A stretch of 64,000 nt of DNA from Dimorphilus gyrociliatus (taxonomy: Eukaryota; Animalia; Annelida): positions 744,001 to 808,000 of the forward strand of contig CAJFCJ010000012.1 of assembly GCA_904063045.1 (NCBI GenBank), read 5' to 3'. Below, piece by piece: positions 39,191-50,700 of the stretch. Position numbers and translations under genes: made by a program. Numbering within the stretch: the first letter of the stretch is position 1; each line of letters opens with the position of its first letter. A model generated the notes under the pieces. The model made no database searches, was not told the DNA's origin, and worked only from the letters and a program-made list of their open reading frames with translations.

Positions 39191-40185
39191 TTATTTACGA
39201 TTACAGAAACAGATTAATCTCTTTAGATCTTGCTTTAGTAGAGAATTTGGTAAGATATATATTAGTGGATTGAATATAGCATTGAGAAGCATTAAAGCAG
39301 AGGATATCGTTCCTATTGGATTTTTATCGTTTTTACCGTAGCCTTTAAATCTGGCTAAAGTAGAGGAAGGTACCCAAAGTATCATAAATATGGCTGAAAT
39401 GAATACAAGTTGAATAAGTAATCTATTTTCTCTCTTTAACTTATTCTTTTTTCCATTTTCACTAACACTCGAAGATTGCTGACTAACTTCTGGTGATGAT
39501 ACTTTCTTCCTCGACGATCTTACTATACAAAATAGTAACATGTAGGCTATAGTTACAAATACGACGGGTAGAATAGTATAAAATATAATAACGAAAATAG
39601 TATATGAGAGATTCTTTGGATAGTCAAACATACAGATATTTTTACCAGGAAAGTATTTTAAATTGCACCATCCAATAGCCCAACCAATAATTGAAGGAAC
39701 GCAGCTAAGTAGCCAAATTGTGAAAATCATTCCTGTTTAAGGAATTTAGTTTCCAACAAGTAAATTTAGTTAATACTATGCTAATTACGTTAATAATAAG
39801 TAATCATACCGTAACAAAATTTCCTTGAGAATAAACTTTTTACTTTACCAGGTTTATAGACTGAAAAAAGTCGGTGGAAAGCAACCAAGCATAAATTTAA
39901 AGCTGATGAATGTAATACACTTGTTACAATCACGGCTAAAACTTTACATATAATTAGGGTAACTTCATACTCGTATGCTTTCATAAAATGCGTTATTGCT
40001 GTTATGATGAAAGCTGTTGTTAGAGCCAGCAGATCAGCCACGTTAACACTTATTACAAAGGCTTTTTGGTCGAAAGTATATTTTCTTTGACGAACGAAAA
40101 TGATGATAAGTAAAATATTAGATATTATTCCATAAATCATTAAAATTAATAGACAAGCAACAACTGGAAAGGAGAGTAAAGCCAT
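39191..40185 (-). CDS. Class A (rhodopsin-like) orphan GPCR, 2 exons
   Basis: Seven hydrophobic segments; TM1 GIISN, TM2 VADLL, TM3 C...FHRL (DRY position), TM4 IW, TM6 LWVP, TM7 NPLIY. Intron at about 39735-39810. Confidence 0.9.
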
Positions 40186-41397
40186 ATTGCGATGACACTT
40201 GTAAGCTTCTGTTTGACAATTTTTTCTACTAATAGGATCTTTCTTTTAGAACAGTATTGTGTACAAATGTACTAAGCGATGGCTAAATATTCATAAACAG
40301 TTGATTTCGATGTGGCCAACATCCGGTAGTCACACGAGACTTTTTTTGTGCAGTTTAATGACTGTACATAGCCAAAATAGGATAATTGTTAAACAGGAAA
40401 AAATAAATGATTAAGATATCCGAAAGCCTTATAAAGTAAGGATTAACGTCTGGCTTCTAACTAAGAACTTTATAGTTATAAAATACCTTTATATATAGAC
40501 GAAATAAGTTTGATATTCAAGTAGATTCTTTATATAAACTTTGTAAGCTAAACTATTATTTTCCATAATTAGACAATATAAGCTGCAGAATTTCATCTTT
40601 AATTAAAGAATAAAAGCTTAATCTATGTTTCTAATCAACATAAGCCACAGGAGATTCTTTAAAAATCTCTCATATTTTTTCACTTTCTCCGAATACAATA
40701 TATTCTTTTTATTAACAAGGAAAGAAGTTTAAGTATATTTGGTGAAAAATAGTTTGTTTCTATAGTCGAGTTTCACCGAGTGCAGCTAAAGAGAAAACGG
40801 TGCTTCTTAGAAAAGATCTTCTGTTAAATAGAGCCAATATAATGGTTTGTACTTTCTTTGCTTCAATAAACCTTTTCTCGATTATTTCGTCTTTTCTTGA
40901 GAAAATTTATTGCTTAATCTTTCTTTTGCTGATCTATTTTCCTCTCTTCTCCCTTCTCCTCCTCTCTGTCTATTTTCCTTTCTATCATAGTAGCCATCTT
41001 TTAATTTACTCTCTCTCTCTCTCTCCCTTTCTATCTAACTATCTGCTTGCTATTTTTTACTTCTCTTTGCAAACTGACCTAGTCTAAAAAAGAAGTCGAT
41101 AAATCACCAAATCAGCACTTTTTTTGTCTGACGATCTCCCACAACCATCATTTAGGTCGCCCTTCGAATTTAGTGTTACATAATTAGAATAAAAAAGCTT
41201 TTGTAATACTTTGGTTGTCATTATAATCACTTTTTTTTTACGTCTATATGAAATAGTGCTTACAATACTAATCTAGTGTAGATAAGTAATCAGCTAACAA
41301 CATCAAGTAATCCTACCACGGTGTTAAAATTATTGTTAATAAATGATCAGTTTCGATAACTAATATTGTAATATCGATAGAAAAATCTTTTTGTATC

Positions 41398-41406
41398 AAA
41401 AAAAAA
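41398..41406 (-). terminator. RNA polymerase III terminator of the tRNA gene
   Basis: T9 run on the minus strand starting 3 nt downstream of the tRNA 3' end. Confidence 0.7.
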
Positions 41407-41408
41407 TG

Positions 41409-41511
41409 TGGCAGCGGTGGGATTCGAACCCACGCCTCCGAAGAGACTGGTGTTTTACTCTAGTTCAACTAGACCTTAAACCAGCGCCTTAGACCGCTCG
41501 GCCACGCTACC
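41409..41511 (-). tRNA. trnL(AAG): tRNA-Leu(AAG) with a 21-nt intron at position 37/38 (41473-41453)
   Basis: The minus strand reads GGTAGCGTGGCCGAGCGGTCTAAGGCGCTGGTTTAAGG[TCTAGTTGAACTAGAGTAAAA]CACCAGTCTCTTCGGAGGCGTGGGTTCGAATCCCACCGCTGCCA. Removing the bracketed segment gives a canonical 82-nt Leu tRNA with intact A/B boxes, a long variable arm and a CTGGT/ACCAG anticodon stem. Confidence 0.95.
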
Positions 41512-44500
41512 GTATGAGACAACGGTGAATAAAAATTACAGTTAAATTTGAATAAAACAGTAAAAAAATTTGATTTGCATAACTATTATAAAATGATATT
41601 GAATTTATTAATCTTTTATGGATTTCTCATGGGAATTAGGAGTTTTAGGCCAAAATTTGCATTAATTTAATACTATTTAGCAAGAAGACACAGTTATCTT
41701 AAATAGATAGAAGTTTGAAGGGTATGAAGGGTAAAAATGTATAAAACTGCTAAAATAACATTTATAGATGAAGACGACACAACCTTGGAGAAACTGTTCA
41801 CCCTAAAAATGTATTTATCATCTTAAAAGTGAATGTACTATTCCTTGCTTTGATTCTATCAAGAAATCTTGGAAAAAATCAATACAAGTAATAGAAATGT
41901 CTAATCGAATATAGGAATAAAATTTTAGAGCAAACAAATTTTGTCTTTGGTATTCAAATGATTAATTCATGTAATTCAACTATCACAACAGCTCTTAGAT
42001 TTCCTTACTGTCTTCTGCATTAAAAAACTTCTTAAATTAAATATACAATACTTAAGAATAATTCTTCTCTCTCTCTCTCTCTCTCTTTCCACCTAGTAAT
42101 AATTTAACTCAATGGCTTTCTGTTACTCTCTCCCTCATCTTCCTTTCGTTTTTAGATTTTTGTTTACAGTAATATATCAGCATATGGTACATTTTCAATA
42201 TAAATTGATGTAGGTTAAAAAGATATAAAGTTTTCTCTGCCCTCTTTCTTTCTCTCTTTTCTTTCCATTTCCTTCTTTCTATTTTATCTCTTTTCTCTTC
42301 TTACTCGGTTAATTTCTTACAGACTTTGTTTATTTTTCTTTTTTTCACCTCTTTTCTTTTTACAATTTCACGCTGCTTTGGTGAATATTTTAGGAGAAAA
42401 ATGATTAAATATTATAATCAAAAAACCATTAATTTTTAGAAAACTACAATATTGAAAGGGTTAAAGTTTGAAAAATTCTAATTTCCTCGGTCTGAATCCT
42501 TCGAGAATAAACAATATAGAGAGGCTTTTATTCTGTTTAAGTCAAACTTTTATTGTTATGACATGCATGTCTTTCTTTTTTGTAGAATATAAAATTTTTT
42601 TTCTTATGGGAATTTCGAACAAATTCATGACTTTTGGAGGATGATCTTAAGCAGGAAATGTGAAAATAGATTGGGTTATTGGAAAGTTTTGCACGGAAAT
42701 TTCGATGCGTAGGGAAAAACAAAAGTACCATAATCTTGACCTATATTATTGAGAAATAATGATCCGTTCCGTAAAATATATTATTATAGTAGAAATAATT
42801 TATATTCGCGTTGTAAAGTTGCTTTTAAGATCTTGGTACAAGAATTTAGTTTTATCGAGTATAATTTCAGAGGCAGTTGAGTTTCTAAAAAGGGAAATGA
42901 AGCTTAAAAGATGGAAGAGATAGGATTGGATAGATAAAACAATTGGCATTATATACCTAAATTATCTACAACTTCCCTTATGTTTAAACGAAAGAAATAT
43001 ATTATAAACCTTACTATTTTCCTATTTAAATAAAAAACTTATAGAGATATTACTATAAGATAAAAGGAGAAAGAAAAATAGAATGAAGAAGATATTACAA
43101 AAGAAGTTTGATTTTCCTAAATATCTAAAGAATGGGTTAAAATTTCTAAATAAAAATAAAAAGAGACAGAAGAGATAGTGAAGGAATAGTATATGTGATA
43201 GAAAACACAAGTATTCGATTTCCAAGTAATAATGCTTTTCCGTAAAAGACTTTATTGCGTGGAAAAGTAGGCATTTTGTTGGTAAACCAATATGTATGGT
43301 CTTTCAAAGGGCACTTAGTCATCTATATTATTTCTAGACTTTTAGAAACCACACATAGTATACCTTCAATTATAAAACGGAAATCTCCCTGAACTTTTAG
43401 GTATTTCTTCTAAAAGCTTTTGAAGTATATACAATAAAAGGTACTAAGATAACAAAGAATGAAAAATATCTATCTTTTTTAATATAAAATAATATAAGGA
43501 ATCCTATTAGTTGTTGCTTTGGAGTTATAACAATAATTATGAAAGTAAAAGAAGGTAATAAATAATTAAAGCTATTGTTCCGTCTCTTTTCTCCCAATTA
43601 TCATCAATAATATCTATTTAGCTACAAAAATAAACTCCTTTCGATAAGTCATTTACACAATTCATTATCTTTGAAAGGGAATTGAATACTATCACTGACT
43701 CTTCTATTTTCAGAACAAAATCTCATCAATACACTTGTTCTTCTATTAACTCTTTTTTTTACAAGAGCGTCTAAATTGTAATGCCAAAGATTTGTGGAGA
43801 TGTTTGCTCTATTTCTTTCTTTTTTTACGTTTTACTTCCCTATAAATTTCTTGCATAATTTAAGAGAGGAATTTCAGTACACAAAAAAATTAACTATTTA
43901 AATAATATATGATAACACAGTAATAAAATTCATCAATAGAATTGAAAGAGAAAACGAGGAAAACTTATAACATTGACCTAGTTTCTTTAAAATATTCAAT
44001 TATAAGGAGTACTTTAGTTGCTCGGTAAAAAATATTTTAAGTGCAGATAATGACAAAAAAGAGTAGAAACAATGATTAAAGTAACGACAAAAACTTGAAT
44101 TGACCTACATATAAAATATACAGTACATTTATTTATTTATGTACGGGACCACCTATTTTAGACGGCTATTATTTATTAAAGAAGTTATAGGCTTTTTTCT
44201 TAACAGATGATGAAACTTGACCATTGATCTCTTAAATATCAGCTTTAAATCATTTTCTTAAAGTTTTCTCTCTCTCTCTCTGTCTCTTTGAAGTGAGTTT
44301 GTGATGTATTTTCCAGTCTATTGCAATTGAAATCTCTTTCTAACATATTAGTACATAACTATTATTGTTAGCGCTTGAACAAATGGACCTATCGTGACCT
44401 ATCTAACTAGGTGATTTTACAAACAATAAACAAATATTCTTCGCTCGAAATTAGAAAGAAATGTAAATATGAAGACGTCTTAAGTAATGTAGAAGATGAG

Positions 44501-44718
44501 ATTTACAATATAAATATACTGAATTCTAAATAATAGATTAAAATTCTTAGTTTTAGCACAAAATAGAAAAGGCCTATAATAAATGGCCAAATTCAAACTT
44601 AATACAATTTATAGAAATACTGTATTCAGCAAAACGCATGGTGAGATTTTTCAAGTATAACAACAATCGTGCAAAAAGACACAAAAAATAATAAATAAAT
44701 AAATAAATTAATTAATAT

Positions 44719-47700
44719 TTATATTAATAAAATGGCAACAGACTGATGAGATAAATTCCAGAAGGAGTTGTTTTGCTTGTTTTTGTCTATTGGTTGAGAG
44801 TGCGTGAGAATCAATTATGGTTCCTTTTCATTTGGTATGTAATTTGAATTTGATGAAGAAACTTTACCTCTATGAATTAATCTTTTCATTATCGAACCAA
44901 GTAAAAAGTCAAAGATCTCCATAACGCTTATCACTGATCCTCCAAGTAGCAAACCCATAAAGCCACCAACCTCACCTATTATGATTTAAATAAGAGATAA
45001 TTATTCTAAAGTTTTTTCTCAGAACAATTAAAGTAACTTACTAAAGAAATTTCCATAGTTATAGGCCTTTATTTGTTCAACCCTTTCATATTTTAATTGG
45101 GCAAAGAAAACGTCCATTATTAAGAAATTTTTCCTAAGAAATAGAAGTGAAACAATTAGTAATTAAAACAGTTATTTGAGTATTTTACAAAACTTACTGC
45201 ACAAAATTTTCATTTAGCAACATGAGATTCCTGTATGTAGAAAATTCTATTTTTGCTTTTTTTAATGGTACTTCTACATCAATTTTTAGATTTAAGAGTT
45301 GCTCATTAAATTCGACTAAGGCATCATTTAGAGGATTAAGATAAATATCTGCTGTTTCTTCAATGATACTTTTTGCCATATCTTCAGAAAACATCTTTAT
45401 ATTATCAGGTAAAGATAAAGTAGAGTGAAGTTGATAAGGTTCCTTAGCTTCTTCAACGTTTCCAACCAGTCTTAACCAAAAAGTCATATTTTGAAGAGTA
45501 TTCTTCAGAGAAGTTTGTGCTTTTCCTTCAAAATGATCCCACAAGCCAGCTATTTTAGACACGAGGCCTGTGTATCCATTCTTGATTGTTGCGGAAGCTA
45601 AACCAACGTCACTAAAAGTTGATTCACTGAGTCTTGTTTGAATTTTGCTTCTGAAAGATAACAAATCGGCAAGATAAAAGTCTATATCTGTATCAGTAAG
45701 AGTCTCGGATATATTCAATTTTGAAATATTTCCTGATCTATATCCTTCATACAGCATCTTAGTGGTGGTCGCTAGTTTTCCTAACGTTTCCCATTCGTTA
45801 TAAAAATCAAAATTTTCAATAGCAGAAGAAGTGTTCTGTGATCTTTTAGTAGCTTCATCCAATATTTTGACTTTCCAGCTAAAAAGTTCAGTCCATTTGT
45901 TTAGGTATGTATTTAAACAAGTTTTAACTGCATCAAATCCATCTATAAAAATTTGAAAATTCTCAATCTTTTGAGGATCAAAGTATACTGAATGATCTTT
46001 AAGTGAATCTACATCATGGAATACCTATTAAGAGTATTATTATATAATTAAATACAATCAGTGTCTATTGTAGAAATGTAAATATATTTGGATTTACTTA
46101 CCTCTCCTCCTTTTTCATAGTATGAATCTTTAACTTGAGTGCATTTTTTTCTCTCTGCGTCTGTAAGTTCTATCTTTTTTGGTAGATATTCCTTTATCGG
46201 TTGTTTTATAAAAGGAGACGCCCGATTTTCAACGTAATTTCTGTACAAATGTACAGCATCCCTATGTTTATATAGCAACTCATTGGCAGAACTCATTTCT
46301 TCTGGTGAAATTTCGTGTCGTCTATGAGTATCTATAACAATCTGATATATTCTGGATATCACTCCAGCAGTCTCATCGTAAGTTTTCTGAAAGTTTAATT
46401 TTGCAGAATCATAGGCTTGTTTATAATATTTAACAAAATCACTAAAATCATCGAAGACTCTATTAATATCAGCAATAAACTGATCAACCATATATTTTTT
46501 TGCAGAAAGGACCTTTATAAAAATGGATTTTTTGGGATTTTTCGTATTATCTTCAACAAATTTTCGCAATTTACCTAAACCTGTATTTAGATTGTGCAGT
46601 AAATTAAGATTTTTTAGGTATGTCTTTGAATCCACTTTTTGATTTATCTCTCTAGCAGTCTTGTATTTATTATATAGGTCAGTTGTATCCGAATTCAAGA
46701 CTTTCTCTACACTTAAACTTGACAATGATGCATAAGAAAGAGATGGTTCGTAAGCCGATCTTTCACATGGTTCGGAGCAAATACAAGATAAATTCTTTCC
46801 AGCACCAAGTAATTGATCTTCTACGCCTATAATACAATCGAAATAGTTACTGACGTTGCACATTTGCGGTTCATTTTGGGCTGTTGCGGGCATAAACGAA
46901 TCTCTACAGCCGCAAAGTTTTTCCACAGCATCCGTTTCACATTCTCTTTCGCAAGATGAATATGTATATTCTGGATAATATTTCAACGGTTTTGCGCCAC
47001 AATTACCCCATGGGCTTTTTAATCCAGCAGCTTCGCTGAACTTAACTGAAACTAACGAGTGTACTCCTGCTGCTGCTGCAAATCCTAAATCTCTTATAAA
47101 CGGAACATCTCTGTATTTACTAAGAAACACTTTAACTCCGGCGTCACTTTTTGGGCCATTCATGTACTCATACTCTTCTATATTTAAAATTAATGATAAA
47201 CCAGAGCTGGAGCCAGTTTTTGTTGTTGTTAAAACGTCATCTTTTAATGGTGGACTATTAAATGTAAAACAAACACCATAGTCTGTGTGATTTGTAGTAA
47301 AATTTAAATGAGAACAAGCTGTTCCTTCCCATGAACATCTATATATTATGTCGTTTACTTGATGTGCTGATTCTGATCGAAATGTGTCTAACTCCGTTAT
47401 ATTCACTGATTTAAGGAAATAAATTGATTCAAACTATGAAACTATTTCAACTTGGATTAATACAAATTTACTTACACTTATTAACATTGGCCATAATTTC
47501 TTTTCCAAAGAGTTCAGAAGCTTTAACACTTTGATTTAGGAAATGCCCTAGAGTTAAAACAATTCCAGTTTTAACCTGGTGTAGAGCATCTGTTTCTCCG
47601 GAAGATGCTAGGAAAATTATTCCACTTGTGGGTATTTGACTGACTGTTTCTGTAGACGTACTACTAGAACTTGATGTCTTTTTCAAATTTTTGCACTTAT

Positions 47701-50700
47701 CTTCAGGTGGACGTGGAGTTGGATCTTGCTTATCTCCGCTCTCTCCAAATCCACTTTCTTCAGGAACAATAGGTTTTTCATCATCTCCACTTCCACTTCC
47801 ACTTCCAGGAGCAGCTGTTGTTTGAGCTGGTCCACCCCCACTTCCAGGAGCAGCTGTTGTTTGAGCTGGTCCACCCCCACCTCCAGGAGCAATTGTTGTT
47901 TGAGCTGGTCCACCCCCACCTCCAGGAGCAGCTGTTGTTTGAGCTGGTCCACCTCCACCTCCAGGAGCAGCTGTTGTTTGAGCTGGTCCACCCCCACCTC
48001 CAGGAGCAGCTATTGTTTGAGCTGGTCCACCTCCACCTCCAGGAGCAGCTGTTGTTTGAGCTGGTCCACCTCCACCTCCAGGAGCAGCTGTTGTTTGAGC
48101 TGGTCCACCTCCACCTCCAGGAGCAGCTGTTGTTTGAGCTGGTCCACCCCCACCTCCAGGAGCAGCTGTTGTTTGAGCTGGTCCACCTCCACCTCCAGGA
48201 GGTCCTGGGGCTTCTCTCTTACGTCTCTTTGGGGGTGGACCAGGTGGAGTTGGGTGGTCCATGTTTTCTTCTTCGTCTGGATGAGGTGGTTGAGTTGGTG
48301 GTGGACCAATGTTTACACCCTCACCATTATTAACAGTTTTGTAACACTCCGTACAATTATTCTCATCAGATTGGTCAGGGCAGTTATATTCACCATTGCA
48401 CACACTTTCGGTACCTATACAAAGTTTGTCTGTCTCACATATATAATAATTTGTACTTGAACAATAGTTTGTTATATTTGGACAAGTTCCATTTTCAAAA
48501 CTTATTGATTGAAGCATGAATGAAAACTTGTCGTGAGTATATGAGACGGATATTGATAACTTTCCTGTTTCATTCATTTTTTCTGTCAATTGTCCCATAA
48601 TTACCTGCCTGTTTGAAAAGAATGTACTAAATAAGCTATGGGATCAAATAAACAAAAACAGCTTACGTGGTTTCAGAAAACTTTAAAGCTAAATTAGAAG
48701 AGATGTCGATGAGAGAAATAGTTTTATCAGACTTCCAGAAATAAAGATCAGCTTTTAATTTAAACAGCTTAGCATTTAAGGGTAAATATTTTATGATAAA
48801 ACAGCCAATATCCTGAACTAAAACTGAAGGAGAAACTAATGTGAATTTATGTTCATTAGAAGATACTTTTCCGGGTGTTGTTTTCATTGCTGAAATGAAA
48901 TATAAGATGAAATAAATAATACTTATTTCTTCTATACTTAAAATCACTTACGGTATGAATCATACTTTTGCCAACCTGATACTGAATAAAGCCAATAATC
49001 AGGTGCTTTTGATTTATCAATATAGCCGCAGGCCTTAGAATCAGAAAATTGGCACGAGAAAGACGAAAAATCTTTAAGTTCTGGACGATTTTCACATGTT
49101 GTATTTAAGAGACTTATTGACTTTATTCCAATTACACCATAAGGATAATAAAATGAATTCATTTTCAATGGTCTATAACTAATTGTCAGATGTGATGATC
49201 CTTTTAACATATCATAGTATAAAGGTTGAAACTTTTTCGAAAGTAGGGGCCATTCTCGTTGATTTTCTGGGATATTCAATGAAAAAATCTCTCTCTTACT
49301 ATTCTCAAATTGTTGATTGATGCTAAAATATCCATAGACTTCTTCAATAAAGGCAATGTCAATGACAACGCAAACATCATTCGGGAGAACTACATTCGGA
49401 GATGTTATAGATGATAATAGTTGGGCATTTAAATTTGCTTGGAAGTTCAATACAGAGACCCCACCATTATCTAAGAGATAAAATAATGATAGATTTTTAA
49501 AAGGAAAATGATATAAAAATAACATATATCATTACCAGTATATATAGATGAAACATTCCAAAATGCATTCGACTCTGACTCCCTCTGGTAGCCGCATAAA
49601 AATGAAGGATCCTTTGAAAATGTGCACTCAAAAGAAATATCTGAAATATTGTTCTTCTATAAAACCATTTTTAATTGATCAAAGTATACATACTCGCTTG
49701 GCATGAAACTATTTCATCAGAATTGTCAAAGCAATCATTCACACCATTACACAAAGCACTTCTACTGATTTCTTTTCCGTTATCACAAGTATAATTCTGT
49801 GCGTTATAGGAAGCTGCAATGCAAAAATGCAGTTTTCAAATTATTATCATTTTCTTTTAAAATTTTTAACAAACCATTAGCCGGTTTTATATAGTAGTTG
49901 CTTGCTTCTAAGCATTCATCACTCTTAATGCTGACGTCATCAATAGCAATGTCAGATTTCATTTGGAAATTCATTTCTGCTTGAAATATAATTTTGTATG
50001 GCTTTGAAGTTGCTTTAATTCTAATTTGTTTTTTAAGCCATTCGTCGTCTTGTGTACCTTGATACCTCCATAATGTTTTCTTTTCAAATTCACTAAAATA
50101 TTGAATAATGGACAGACTTCCCATTGAGTCAATTTCTGAAAATGTGAATGTGTAGATTGGATATTCTTTTTCTGCTGACTGATCTTTTCTTGTATATTGA
50201 AATAAATAAAAAGTTAAACAGGAAGTTGTATTCCCTTTAGCATAGAAAGGAGTCTCCAAATTTGCTTTTTGGCCTGTTTGTGCCATCGAATTAAATGAAT
50301 CAAAGAGCATGTAATATCCTGCTGTAGAAGATGTCGTATGATCCACCCTTAATTCGTTTGTGCCTATTTTTGTTGTTTTAGTGGCTCCTTTATATCTCTG
50401 CCACATTAATTGTCCCTGTGTCTTTTTAACTGATTTGAAACCGCAGGAACCATCTTTTTCAAAGTCACAATCAATAGAAACATCTGTTTAAGGAAATCTG
50501 ATTAAATATTTTCCAGTTTTGAGTCTCATTTATCATACCGCAATTGTTGATTTCGTCAGAGTTGTCACCGCAATTGTCTACTCCATTACATTTAAGAGTT
50601 GTACTAATACAAACTTTATTATTACAGGTAAACTGGCCTTTATTACATGCTATACGAGTTAAAATGGATATATTTAATATTACGAAAAAGCTACTAACTA

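Noticed and set aside
42593-42710. Protein-like stretch YGNFEQIHDFWRMILSRKCENRLGYWKVLHGNFDA on the plus strand
   Set aside because: Bounded by stops, with no in-phase acceptor or start codon found.
47683-48460. Alternative-frame and antisense ORFs over the 39-bp repeat (FELVHPHLQEQLL, CCLSWSTPTSRSS and VDQLKQQLLLEVE repeats)
   Set aside because: These are shadows of the coding minisatellite: a stop-free 39-nt unit stays open in several frames. Only the Gly/Thr frame links the LDLa to the channel core.
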